Source: Eledone cirrhosa
Taxonomy: Eukaryota
Assembly: GCA_964016885.1 (NCBI GenBank)
Contig: OZ024741.1
Coordinates: 317,626,001 to 317,690,000 of the forward strand
DNA length: 64,000 nt
Reading direction: 5' to 3'
Shown here piece by piece: positions 12,923 to 24,865 of this stretch. How positions within the stretch are numbered: the stretch's first letter is position 1; the number at the start of each line of letters is the position of its first letter. Both the position numbers and the translations under genes were made by a program. A model generated the notes under the pieces. That model saw only the letters and a program-made list of their open reading frames with translations, ran no database searches and was not told the origin of the DNA.

Positions 12923-13386
12923 CCTTTCCATGATCGCATTTCTAATGAAATACAGTCTATTTTAATTGATTAACCCTTTAGCATTTACATTACTCTCTAT
13001 ATACTATTGTAGTTTTGTGGTAAAGGCTTTATCTTACATAGTTATTTCACATAATATAAAATCGTTGAGATTTAAATGTTATTTACTTTAACGTTAAAAC
13101 TTTAACGTTAAAACTTTAACGTCAGTATGAGCAGTGGACGGTTTGAACAGAAAGAGGTGAGAGAATTCTGGCCAGGTATGGCTCGTTTAAATGCTAAAGG
13201 GTTAATTAAGAATTTCGAGGGATTTACTAAAATTATTAATTATTTCATTACTAAGATAGTAAATTAATGTAAGGTTCTTATATAAAATTATGTAGGAAGA
13301 TTTTAACTTAAATTAGAAACCTTTAAAATGGGTGATTTTATTTCATAGAATCAGAGCTGGTTTGGGCCAGATTGGTAACTAAAGGG
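12923..13386. mobile_element. piggyBac-like MITE family 2 with a family 1 MITE (12974-13201) nested at a TTAA
   Basis: Inner element TTAA|CCCTTTAGCATTT...AAATGCTAAAGGG|TTAA; the outer halves match family 2 copies near 10650, 16055, 34440, 37060 and 47650. Confidence 0.7.
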
Positions 13387-13390
13387 TTAA

Positions 13391-13804
13391 CCCATTAGCA
13401 TTTAAACCAACCGAATCCGGCCAGAATTTTCTCACCTCTTTCTGTCCAAACCAGTTATAACTGGTTGCACATATTGATGCTAAGATATTGTTCTGAAAAT
13501 AAATAACATCAAAATCTCATAGATTTGATATTATGTGTGATAATTATGAGGTAAAGTCTTTACCACAAAATTATAATAATATATATAGAGTAATGTAAAC
13601 CAGGCATGTCAAACATGCGGCCCTTTACAAGCACACCTGTGGCCCGCACAAAGGTTTTTATAGCATGAGTATGTTTTATCTTGGTAAAATTAGTTGTAAT
13701 GTGTGCAATTAGTTGTCGTGTGTGACCCTCAGACAACACATATGTGACCCATGTGGCCCTCGGGGGACCCTCAGTTTGACATGCCTGATGTAGATGCTAA
13801 GGGG
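13391..13804. mobile_element. piggyBac-like MITE family 1, reverse orientation, interrupted by a hAT MITE
   Basis: TTAA flanks; reverse complement of 12974-13201. Confidence 0.75.
13601..13787. mobile_element. hAT-like MITE
   Basis: 14-bp TIR CAGGCATGTCAAAC/GTTTGACATGCCTG with imperfect 8-bp TSD ATGTAAAC/ATGTAGAT. Confidence 0.8.
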
Positions 13805-14326
13805 TTAAAGGGTAATCGAGTTTATACTAATTTCATACATTTAATTCTTCATCAGGGAAAATTCTCCATTACACAGGAAATTATCTTTCACAGTATCATA
13901 CCACACCTATTTAAATGATCCTAAAAAGCCTGCATAGTTCGTAGACACAGACACGTGTACCCTTAACATAATTATCAAGGAGATTCAGTGTAATAGACAG
14001 TGTGTGACAAAACTGGACTTTTGAATTTCAGATACAGTCCATCTAATGGGCTTCATATAGTTTCTGTCTCCCCAATTTCATTCACAAGGGATGGGTCAAC
14101 CTGAGGCTATCGTAAGTGATACTTACCCAAGATGCCAAACAGAGATTGAACTCAGAGCCTCATGGTTGTCAGACAAACTTTTTCACCACTCTATATCATA
14201 AATGATAATTAGATATATATGAATGAATGATATATATGACTGAAATTATAATGAATAATATTAAATATCCATGCAGAACACAGCCTAATTTATTATAGAT
14301 ATAACTACAGCTTTTTATTATTAGAA

Positions 14327-14550
14327 ATTGGCAGTATTGGTAGAGCGTCGGACAACATGCTTTGTGCCATAGAATTACATCTCTTTATGTTCTAATTTCA
14401 AATCCTGCTGAGATTAGCTTTGTCTTTGCCTTTCATCCTTACAGGGTTGATAAAATAAAGTACCAGTCAGTAATGCACTGGGGTTGATTTAATCAACTTT
14501 AGCCTCCCCTTCAAATTGTTGGCCTTGTACTGAAAGTAGAAACAATTATT
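14327..14550 (+). mobile_element. tRNA-derived SINE (Deu/Nin-like)
   Basis: A box and GCCTTTCATCC core. Confidence 0.7.
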
Positions 14551-14718
14551 GGAAATCTCACTGTTAAAAGAATGAAATATTTATTTATTTATTTAATTAA
14601 GTTGCCAAATAAATGCACATAATGCAAATTAGAGTGACCTTTACTGTTATATTCTACACCCTGCTTGACATAAATAGCAATGCTATAAAATCCCTCTGTA
14701 GGCAGAATATAGGGAGAG

Positions 14719-14765
14719 TTACCTTCTGATGAAGTGACAATAATTTATGAAATGCATAAAGATAA
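14719..14765 (+). ncRNA. Putative minimal type I hammerhead ribozyme
   Basis: TTACCTT-CTGATGA-weak stem II-GAAA-TGCATA^AAGATAA; stem I pairs 6/7 and stem III is the palindrome ATGCAT. Confidence 0.45.
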
Positions 14766-14989
14766 TATCTTATGTTTTTCTGTGTTCAAAGGGAATGGCA
14801 GAAAGTATATACACTTCTTGCTTTTCACAGTGAGGTTTCTAATTCAAAACTATAGTTATATCTACATTAAATTTATCTCATATTTTATAATATAAACTGT
14901 ATTCTAGCATAAATATTTATTTAATTAATTACATGCTGTGTTGGATGTGCAGTGTAAATATGAGAGAGAGGCAGAGCATGGATGAGTAG

Positions 14990-15315
14990 AAGAAGAAGCT
15001 GGTTTTAAGAGGAATTCAAGATGGTGTGCAGGAGAGAAGACAGTGTTGGTTTGGACATGTAATGTGTATGGACAATAATCTTTGGGTGAAGAAGTGCCAG
15101 GAAATGTTAGTGAAAGGAAGTTGTGGTAGAAATAGACCAAGAAAGACCTGGGCAGAGGTTGTGAGAACTGACCTCCAATCACTGAAATTCACAGAGGCAA
15201 TGACAAAGGGTCATGATATGTGGAGAGATGCCATGCTGAGAAGGACCAGTCCAGCCCATGCAATTATGTGAAAAAGCAGACGTAAAAATGACAACGATGA
15301 TGATGTGATGATGAT
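14990..15315 (+). mobile_element. Degenerate RTE LINE 3' fragment
   Basis: WFGHV...RPRKTWAEVV motif and (GAT)n tail. Confidence 0.75.
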
Positions 15316-15713
15316 GATTTCCAAACAAATGCCCATATGCTAAATAGACTGACCATTTCACTGACCATGTTCTACATTTTGCTTGACATTTATTGTGATG
15401 CTATAAAGATCCTTCTGTAGGCAGAATCATATTAACAGTTATTTTTTGATGAGGAGATAATAATCTCAGATGTGGCATGGCAAATTCAAGTTTCCACCCA
15501 TAATTATATCCAGATAAAAAGAGATACTGGACCATCGGTGGTACACCTACATTTTATATGAAGTTCTCTTTGACTTTAGAGTACCGTCAATGTTTTTTGT
15601 GATTGTTATGACATCATGAATATTCTAGATATAATTTACAACTCTTATTTCAACAACATAACAAACATTATAAACATAACTTACAAATGTTGCTATTTTT
15701 GCATATTTTACAG

Positions 15714-15734
15714 CTGCCAAAAGACTCAGAGTTG
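15714..15734 (+). CDS. Small secreted protein, 21-nt microexon 4 (AAKRLRV)
   Basis: TTTTACAG acceptor, G|GTGAGT donor, phase 1-1. Confidence 0.65.
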
Positions 15735-16588
15735 GTGAGTATAATCAACTATCATCCTCATCATTAGTTTTATATCCATTTTTCAATACTGGTGTGGGTT
15801 GGATGAGAATTTTTGAGGTAGTATTCTATAGCCAAATGCCTCTCCTGATGTTAACACTCAGTTTTGTTTTGTTTTTTTTAAGTAAGGTACAGATCTTCAC
15901 ATAGATCTGAGCAGCACAATCTGTTTACATAGAAGATCAATAAGCATCACCATCTGTAATATCAAATGTGAATAGAAGAGACGGGCACACACACACATTT
16001 AGTAATATACCCAACATTCTTGTTATTAAGCTGGTATTTGGAACATAACTTAACCCTTTCATTACTATATTTCTAATTAAATACACTGTATATGATTTCC
16101 AAATCATTTTCAATATTACAAGAATTTGGAGATATTTAGTGATATAACTGACTTTCTCATTATTAAGCTGGTGTTTGGAACACAACTTAACCCTTTCGTC
16201 ACCATATTTCTAATAAAAAATACAACCTGTTAATGATTTTCAAATAATTTTGAAAAAAATCAAGAATTTTTAGGGATTTAGTAGCAGAGATAAGTAACAG
16301 AGTTTGATAATAAAACTGATAGAACTAGCCTGCTGTGAAATGAGAAGTTATAAACATCAGTATGGAGATGGTAAGTAATGAAATGAAATTAGGGATCTAT
16401 AAGCATAACAAAAATCTGCAAACCCTTCAGAAACTCTCTCTCTCTCTCCCTTTTCACTGTTTTAATTGCTAACATGTTTTCCCTATATATAAGTCTATCA
16501 ATAATTACAAATGTACATTCGATATTTTCTTTCAAAGTACATTTGTAAAAAGATATAGAAAGAATTCTTGGTTTCTAATATTTTTCAG

Positions 16589-16621
16589 AATTTGTTGTGA
16601 GAAGGCGAAAAAATAAACCTG
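16589..16621 (+). CDS. Small secreted protein, exon 5 short form (EFVVRRRKNKP); long form runs to a stop at 16699-16701
   Basis: TTTTTCAG acceptor; only phase 1 is open; weak donor CTG|GTATTG at 16622 and stronger donor AG|GTAAGA at 16734. Confidence 0.55.
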
Positions 16622-16883
16622 GTATTGTTGTTGTTCGGATTCCCAAGGACAATAAAGATAAGGTGCCACCCCATCACCGAGAGTGCAACAAGCACCACTA
16701 ATCTCCTGTGCCACTTACCTGACATATGAGTAGGTAAGAATACAGAGAGAGAGAGAAAGAGAGAGACTGGTGATTCCTGGGTGGAACACTAAACTAACTG
16801 CAAATTAGCTTTGGAATAGTTTCGGAAAATTGTGGGCCAGATATTGAATCTTCTGACCCCAGAATGGATATATGTTCTTTAAC

Positions 16884-17062
16884 AATAATTGTTTCTACTT
16901 TAGGCACAAGGCCAGCAATTTCCCAGTGCATTACTGGTACTTTATTTTATCGACCCCGTAAGGATGAAAGGCAAAGTCAACCTCGGCGGGATTTGAACTC
17001 AGATCGTAAAGGGACGTAACTATGCATCCGACCCTCTACCGATACTGCCAATCCACCGCCCT
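16884..17062 (-). mobile_element. Young tRNA-derived SINE with TSD
   Basis: Flanked by direct repeat TATGTTCTTTAACAATAAT. Confidence 0.85.
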
Positions 17063-17699
17063 ATGTTCTTTAACAATAATGACAACAACATCGTCAATAA
17101 CAACAATGTTGGTGCCACACTAAAATTAACCCAGTGCAATCTATAAAGTGGTTGGTGATCAAACAGAGATAACACAGAGTTGAAAGAACTACTAGATCTT
17201 ACTAACTAGACAACAACCTCTCTAGTGATGATGACATGATAAAATACACTCATTATTTTTAGTAATGTAATTGGCATTAGGAAGAGCATCCAGCCATAGA
17301 AACTATGAGTAAGACATGGTTCTTTGACCAGTTTAGCTTTGGAGTGTGATTACCTGTCCGACCAATGCTGGGTCCTATGGATGACCATTCCATATGTTCA
17401 TTTGCTGCCATGCCTTGATCCTTTAACACCTGATGAAGCTGTAGGGCATTATCATGACATATGTCTGGCAGAGCCCATCCTCTCCATGTTGGAAGGCAAC
17501 CAATTTCCTGCAAAGAAATGTATAGAGGGAAAGAGTAAGAGAGAATTGAGAATAAGTTATAGAGGAAAAATTGACACCATTACTGAACTGGTTCTTTATT
17601 TATTGATCTTAAAAAGATGAATGGCAAAGTTGACTTCAACAGGATTTGAACTCAGAGCGTAAGAAGTCAGAACAAATACCACAAAGTACATCGTATCCA

Positions 17700-18290
17700 A
17701 CATCCTAACAACTGAACAAAGTGCAAGAATTGCAGGAGCTGATGCAGTAATGTGCCAGCTTCAGCATTCAGTAATCAGAAGAAAGGAGCTAGGCATAAAA
17801 GCTAAACTCGCTATCTTCAATTTGGTATTCATGCCAACCTTTACTTCTGGTCACAAATCTTGCATAATGACCGGAAGAATATGATCGCAAATACAAATAG
17901 CCGAAATGGGGTTCCTCTGAAGGGTCCTTTGAGTAACTTTACTCAATAGAGTGTGTAATTCAGAGATTAGAGAGTCACTCCAGGTAGAGCCGCGACTTCT
18001 GCGAATTGAGAGATCACATCTCCGATACTATGGGCATGTGGTTAGAATGTATCAGGAAAGAATCGCTGGACAGATTTTACGGGCAAAACCAAGTGGCAGG
18101 AGACTCAGGGGTAAACCCCAAGCAAGATGTTTAAATAACATCCATGAGCTTGGCTGGTCTTGCTTGGCAATCTAGCCAGATCAGTGGGATATGGTTGCTT
18201 CTTACAGGTCCCACTGAAAGGAGTTTTTAAGGACTCTGCCCCCATGACCCTCTCAGGAATAAGTGGGAGAAGAAGATGTAGAAGAAGAAG
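17700..18290 (+). mobile_element. Degenerate RTE LINE 3' fragment (second family, (GAA)n tail)
   Basis: LLRIERSHLRYYGHVVRM motif; second copy at 52055-52548. Confidence 0.7.
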
Positions 18291-18950
18291 CCAAATGAAT
18301 GAAAGGGGAGCAGACATAGACACCCCTACAGCTGTACCTCCTTTCATTTAGCAAAACATTCAACATTCCAGAGGATGACAACTAGAAGGAGAGGGAGGGA
18401 AAGGGCTGCATCAACACTTGGTCTAGTACTTTCCTTATTGACCACAAAAGGATAAAAGGCCAAGTGGACCTCAGCAAGATTTGAACACAGAGCACAGAGA
18501 GCTGGAACAAATATCTGATGATTTAATGACTCTGCCAAACTCACCACTTTTTTTTTATGAATTATATGATAAACTGCTAAAACGCCATAATAAAAATTTA
18601 CAGAATTACAAATAAATATTTTTAAAAAATAAATTGTAAGCAGTATTTTCTAGTGGTCAACACTAAATAACCCAATGGGAAGCTAGTTGCAAAACATATA
18701 CATTAAAATTTTAACAACATATGGTGCCCCAGCATGGTACCCAGTATAGTACCCCAGTATGGTATCCCAGCATTATGCCCCAGCATGGCCACAGTCCAAA
18801 GACTACAACTATTAAAAGAATAAAAGACTAACTGCCTAAGGTTATAAACTGGATGAATCATCTAAAATCTTTGGTGAAACAGTTGTATTTAAATCTTTTT
18901 TCATACCGAACTTCCTGAAATTGTCCCTGGTTCTCTTATCCAGATTCTAG

Positions 18951-18978
18951 TCTATATCTATATATATAAAACTGAGGA

Positions 18979-19022
<44 letters not shown>

Positions 19023-19618
19023 TTTGAATCCCTAAAACTCGAGAAGTACCCAACCGATCTTTTTCAAACTTTACATGTGTGTTACTTATGTTTCAGGGAG
19101 TGTTATGCACATAAACAAATTCAACTTGTTGATCCTCTAGGGCCCGCATTAGGTGAAAAATTGCGTTTTTTCAACTTTTTAGGGGGTTTTTTGAGGCGTT
19201 ACGTCAGACCGATTTCCTTGAAATTGTAACTATGTATTAGTCAGTCTCTTTTTCATACCGTGAGCAAAGAATATCCAACTTTTTTATGGCCTAGGGCCCA
19301 CATTAGGTGAAAAACTTCATTTTTTCAGCTTTTTTGAGGCGTTCCGTCTAGCCGATTTTCCCAAAATTTCAAAGCCTATTATGCACATAAAAGAAATTCA
19401 TTTTCTTTATCCCCTATTAGGTGAATATCCCGCATTAGGTGAAAATCTGCATTTTTCCTGCTTCATCGAGGAAAATCTTAAAGATTATCCAGCCATCAGA
19501 GTATTCGGTTTATTTTCTTTACATATTGTTCAGGCATGCAGTTTTTCCACGATTAGGTCTGTTGGCGGCCCACATTCCAAAAGACCTTATCGCGTGCAAC
19601 GCCGAGTACCACTGCTAG
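18951..19618 (+). mobile_element. Non-autonomous Helitron
   Basis: Copy of 6114-6730 with TC...CTAG|T termini. Confidence 0.8.
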
Positions 19619-19835
19619 TATATTATACATTTCAAAGCAAGGAATTCATTTAATGTCAATTTATCTTATTTTCTAATGAATATCGAAAGAAATCATCCAT
19701 TTTGTTTTTTTGTTCTCCATTTTGAGAGGAGGAATGAAAGAGAGAAAGAAAAAGAGAGAGAGAGAGTAAGGGGTGAAAGAGAGTGAAGGGATGTGGCATG
19801 ACTGGGCATTGTAAAATCTGTTCTTCATAGTTTTA

Positions 19836-20128
19836 TCTATATATCTAAAACAGAGAATGTCTGTCTGTCTGACTCTCTAAAACTCGAGAACCACTCAACC
19901 GATTGTTTTCAAATTTTACACATGTAATACTTATGGTCCTGTGAGTGTTTTGAGCAAATATTTCAAATTTTCAATGCCCTAGGGACCGCATTACGCACCG
20001 TTTAGCGATCTCTCTCTCTCTCTCTTAGTCTTTCTTTTTAGATAGATACATAGATATAACGTTGCGCCCTTATAATATGTCTGTATGTCTGGCTGTCTGC
20101 ATTACGACCATTACGGCCATTCTGCTAG
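19836..20128 (+). mobile_element. Short internally deleted Helitron
   Basis: A|TCTATATATCTAAAAC...CATTCTGCTAG|T; same family as 3247-4017. Confidence 0.75.
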
Positions 20129-20412
20129 TATTTATCTAAAAACAGAAACACCTTTAGTTAAATTATGTTCCAAATACAAGCTTAAAATGAGAAAGTTATA
20201 TAACTAAATACCTTCAAATTCCTGATTATTTTCAAAATGACTTGAAAACCATTGGCATGGTAATGAATGGGTTAAATATTCTATCTATATTCCACCAAAG
20301 AAGTTCCTGGATTCTTTTATAAGTTTATAGAGATCAATGTTTGAAATATTAGGATATTTCCATCTCTATCAATGTGAAACCATTCCTTTTTAATGTGTTT
20401 AATGTTTTTCAG

Positions 20413-20490
20413 TCCAACTTCAGCAAGAAGAGATTCCAGTCCATTTCAGCTTCAAGCTGCAATCTGCAGAACCAGTAAAGCTAAATGGTG
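20413..20490 (+). CDS. Small secreted protein, 78-nt exon 6 (VQLQQEEIPVHFSFKLQSAEPVKLNG)
   Basis: TTTTTCAG acceptor, G|GTAAGA donor, open in phase 1-1. Confidence 0.6.
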
Positions 20491-21306
20491 GTAAGATGAT
20501 TGTTATTTAATCTGAGTATTGTACCTCTAGCCGTAAAGGCAGAATCATTAGAATATCAGATAGAATGCTTTGTTATATTCGTTTCAACTCTCTTTGATCT
20601 GTGTTCAACTTTGCCTTTCGCCCTTTTAAGGTCAATAAATAAAATACTAGTTCTGTATTGAGATTGATTCTCAATTTCTCTTCCCCACTCTCTCCCTTTC
20701 TCTCCCCTTCTCCCTTTTTCTCTTTATCTGGAAGACTTAAGCTGTGTTCAGACAATGGTTTAAATGTTCAAGATGATGCCTCACTCCTTATCAGCTCCAC
20801 CAGGAGTTAAGTGTTCATGGATGAATATATCTTCAGCAGGGATGGAAATGGATTTTAGGAAGTAGCTGTATGTTAGGGTCTGTGAGGCTGGGGTAGGGAA
20901 GGAGGGGGAGGGGTAGATGCAATATGGAGATGGCCATCTGCAAGAAAACACCCTGTGAGGTGAACTAGTTCTTTCATCATATCACTTTTATGTGAAATGA
21001 ATGAATGAATGAAAATGAATACTATTGTAGTTTTGTGGTAAAGACTTTATCTTATATAATTATCTCACATAATATCAAATCTATGAGATTTTGATGTTAC
21101 TTATTTTGAGAACAGTACCTTAACGTCAGTATGAGTGGCTAGTTACAACCAGTTTGAACAGAAAGAAGTGAGAGAATTCTGGCCAGATATAGCCAGTTTA
21201 AATACTAAAGGGTTATGATTCAGTTTATTGTCAAATAAAGCTATATCAAATGTATTTTATATTCTGCAAGCAATGTTACAAATATTTTCAATATTTATAT
21301 TTCCAG

Positions 21307-21320
21307 ATAGAACAATCTGA
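21307..21320 (+). CDS. Small secreted protein, last coding exon (DRTI-stop)
   Basis: TTTCCAG acceptor, TGA at 21318-21320, AATAAA near 21508. Confidence 0.5.
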
Positions 21321-21699
21321 TCACTGAACTTTTGGTTTCACTTGAATATTGCCTCTGTATTTGGATATTATCTCTGTATTTCGATGTTGTCTGTGTCGTT
21401 GGAAATTTACTTTAAAGATTAAATTTACCCATGTGCTGAATATAATTTCATGAATTTTTACCTGCCGAAAAAAAAAACATACCTTAGCAATTAATATAAG
21501 AGATAAAAATAAAATTGCAAATATCTCTTGTCTATATAAGTGTTTTAATTATTCTTATGTGACTGTGTTGGTGCCAGGAAGGCATCCAGCAGTAAAACAT
21601 TGCATCAAAAAGAACCTCATTAGTACGAAGCCATTCATGGGCTTCACATGGCTAACCCTTCTTTTAGCATTTCAAGTGACAGGTGTAGTTATCTGTGTG

Positions 21700-22160
21700 A
21701 GGAGGATGGGGGTTAATGAAGTCATGGTACATACTACCAAATCATAGTTGATTGTGAATAATGACTGTAGTACTCTATACATGAGTGTGTGTGTGTGTGA
21801 AGGCTTGGTACATACTATCAAATCATACTTGATTATGATTGATGGCTGTAGTTATCTATATGTGTGTGTGTGTGTTTGTGTGTGTGAACGCATGGTACAT
21901 ACTATCAAATCACACATGACTGTGTGTAATGACTAGTTATCTGTTTGTGTGTGTGTTTGTATGTGTGTGTGAAGTCATGGTACATACTACCAAATCATAC
22001 TCGATTATGAATGATGGCTGTAGTTATCTATATGTGTGTGTATGTGTGTGCGTATGTATGTGTGAGTGTGTATGTGTGTGTGAAGGCATGGTACATACTA
22101 CCAAATCATACTCGATTACGAATGATGGCTGTAGTTATCTATAAGTGTGTGTGTGTGTAT
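21700..22160. repeat. Tandem repeat, ~60-110 bp unit with variable (TG)n
   Basis: About 5 copies of GCATGGTACATACTACCAAATCATAC; one further unit at ~23200-23270. Confidence 0.85.
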
Positions 22161-22164
22161 GTAG

Positions 22165-22620
22165 TGTCAGAGAATGACAAAGCAACCATTCTCTGGGATA
22201 TGCCAATACATCCAGACAAAGAGATCAAAGCCAACCGACCAGATATTATAGTCAAAGACCACAAAGAAAGAAAATCCCTTCTAATAGATGTACCCCTCAA
22301 ATGACAATATATCTTCCAAGGAAATAGAGAAACTCTCCTAATATAAAGATCTAGAGATAGAAATAACTTAAACGTGGAAAATGAAAACAGAAACAATACC
22401 TGTAATAATAGGAGCTCTGGGAATGATAAAAAAAACACACAGACAAATGCATAGCCCAAACCCCAGGACTTACAAATATCTATATAACATACAAAAGATA
22501 GCACTACAAGGCACTGCACACATATTGTGAAAAGTACTCTCAATACAATAGAAACAACATCAGCACTGTTTATATCCAAGGCACATAGAACTGTGTTCGG
22601 TAAAGTAGTAATGATGTGTA
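22165..22620 (+). mobile_element. R4/Dong-like LINE relic (restriction-like endonuclease)
   Basis: ILWDMPIHPDKEIKANRPDIIV...LIDV and IPVIIGALG motifs, frameshifted. Confidence 0.7.
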
Positions 22621-22627
22621 ATAAAAA

Positions 22628-22814
22628 TAATAATAATTGTTTCTACTTTTGGCACAAAGCCAGCAATTATCCCAGTGCATTACTGGTACTTTATTTTATC
22701 AATCCCGTAAGGATGAAAGTTAACCTCGACAGGATTTGAATTCAGACCGTAAAGGGACGTAACTATGCTGAAAAGCATGGCGTCCAACCCTCTACCGATA
22801 CTACCAATTCACCA
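22628..22814 (-). mobile_element. tRNA-derived SINE (Deu/Nin-like)
   Basis: Matches 16884-17062. Confidence 0.8.
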
Positions 22815-23195
22815 ATGAAAACTATTATGTACAGTGCTCAGGTGCACTACAACTCATTAAAGGTAGTACATAGAATAATGTACAAATGTCAGGAAAGTAA
22901 ACAGTGTATGAGTCATGATATACACACAGACACACACACGTGTGCGTGTGTATGGAGGGGGAATATCAAGTGTAGTGTTGGCGAATTTCGGAAAGCATAA
23001 AAGTTTTGAAGGATGCAGTGTCCCGACAGCTAACAACTGATGCAGGTAGTTTGTTCCATGCTTCAGCAACTCCGAGCGTGAAAAAATGTTTCCGAAAGTC
23101 ATGGGAGCTGATTTTTGTAAGCGTGACCACGGGTGTTAGACACATGGGTTTCAAAAAGGTGCTCAGGGCTGTTGTTGGAAAGATGGTTAATATTT
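22815..23195 (-). mobile_element. CR1-like LINE 3' fragment
   Basis: HDFRKHFFTLGVAEAWNKLP; matches 27130-27640. Confidence 0.85.
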
Positions 23196-24189
23196 TGTGA
23201 TGACTGTAATTATCTATGAGTGTGTGTGTAGGCATGGTACATACTATCAAATTATACTCAGTTGTTAGTGATAGTGATAGTGGTAGTATAGTGTCCACGG
23301 GTCAGTATAACTGAGAACTCCAACCTTCAGTGTAACACAGGTAAAATGTTTCCTAACAAGATTTAAAGAGGAGGGAGCAACAATAAAGATAATTCAATGA
23401 TGATATAAGTGAATTGATATGGTTTTAAGTGGAACAGAAAATATATTCTATCTCAATCTGTTACTTGTTAGCAAAGATTTAAGAAGCCTGGCTTCCATCA
23501 CTTTAATTATTATTTTATTGCTTTTACTCGTTAGACTATAGCCAGGTTGGGCACCACTTTAAAGGGATTTTTAGTAAATCAAATCAACACTAGTACTTAT
23601 TTTTCAAGCCTGATACTTATATCAATCTCTCTTTTATCGAACTGTACTTGTGAACAATCGACCACACAAATGTGCAAACCTGCAGACAACCCAAACATGC
23701 GTGCATGCCCCACCCCTACACACACACATAAGGATAAATGAATAAAAAAAAAATGCATTCTCACCATAAGTAAAAGCAAAGATAGAACGTTCAATGCTAA
23801 GGGAATGGTTAGTTATGGTCCTAACCTGTAATGTGGAATGGTAATAGGCATTAAATATGGGAGGGTGGTGTTTAGCAGATGTTAAAAGAATTAGCTATGG
23901 AAATGAAGGAACCCAGTACTCTATTGGATAGATTAACTGGTGCACATAAAGATCGATGTACTAGGTTGCAAAAGGGATGCGATATTTGGTTCATGTTCAT
24001 GTTGATGTGGAGGGAGGGGTCAAAAGTTAGAATTTAACTAAGATTTTTAAGAAAGTCTTTGATATTTTGTGATGGCATGTGTTAAAGAAATTAAAGCGCC
24101 TATTAATTACATGGTGCCCACTCTCAATAATTTCCACAGCTTCCATGGTACATAAATCATGATGCAATTTTTACTTTTATTAACCACAA

Positions 24190-24430
24190 TAGGAAAAAGA
24201 AAATGATAATTAAATTCTTTAAATATATTGGTCTAAATCTAGAAATAGAGATTAACAGAGAAATAGTAAACTTCCTTGATATCACCCTAAACCTCAATTC
24301 TGGCTTCTTTTACCTAAACCATAAATTAAATGAAAATCTAAATTACATTAGCTTTAACTCAAACCACCCTATGGTAATAACCAAGGTTATAGTTAACAGT
24401 GTATTTTGGAGAATTTCTACACTGTCTGCA
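24190..24430 (+). mobile_element. Penelope-like element RT/thumb fragment
   Basis: VNFLDITLNL...YISFNSNHP...RISTLS motif typical of Penelope-like RT C-terminal regions. Confidence 0.65.
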
Positions 24431-24433
24431 ATA

Positions 24434-24480
<47 letters not shown>

Positions 24481-24865
24481 AATTATTATGTAAAGTGCTC
24501 AGGGGCACTACAACTCGTCAAAGGTGCATGTATAGTACATAGAATAATATACAAATGTCAGGGAAGTGAATCGTGTATGAGTCATGATATACATGTGTGT
24601 ATGTGTTTGGAGGGGGAACATTAGGTGTAGTGTTGGCGAATCTCGGGAAGCATGGAGGTTTTAAAGGATGCAGTGTCTCGACAGCTAACAACTGATGCAG
24701 GTAGTTTGTTCCATGCTTCAGCAACTCTGAGCGTGAAAAAATGTTTCTGAAAGTCATGGGAACTGTGCTGTTTTCTGACTTTGTGGGCATGCCCATGTGT
24801 GTTAGACACATGGAAATCAAAAAGGTACTCAGGGTTGTTGTTGGCAAGATAGTTGATATTTTTGA
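24431..24865 (-). mobile_element. CR1-like LINE 3' fragment with (ATT)n tail
   Basis: HFFTLRVAEAWNKLP; matches 27130-27650. Confidence 0.85.

Noticed and set aside
13822-13860. Minus-strand CTGATGA...GAAATTAGTA hammerhead-like motif
   Set aside because: Stems I and II do not pair; could be chance in AT-rich DNA.
16884-17062. tRNA genes suggested by A and B boxes
   Set aside because: These are SINE heads with TSDs and no complete cloverleaf.
21700-22160. CRISPR-like repeat-spacer pattern (also 51775-52710)
   Set aside because: Eukaryotic context, spacers are microsatellite or homologous rather than unique, and no cas genes.
23790-24110. Possible minus-strand Penelope-like linker or endonuclease remnant
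   Set aside because: Too degenerate to translate into convincing motifs by eye.
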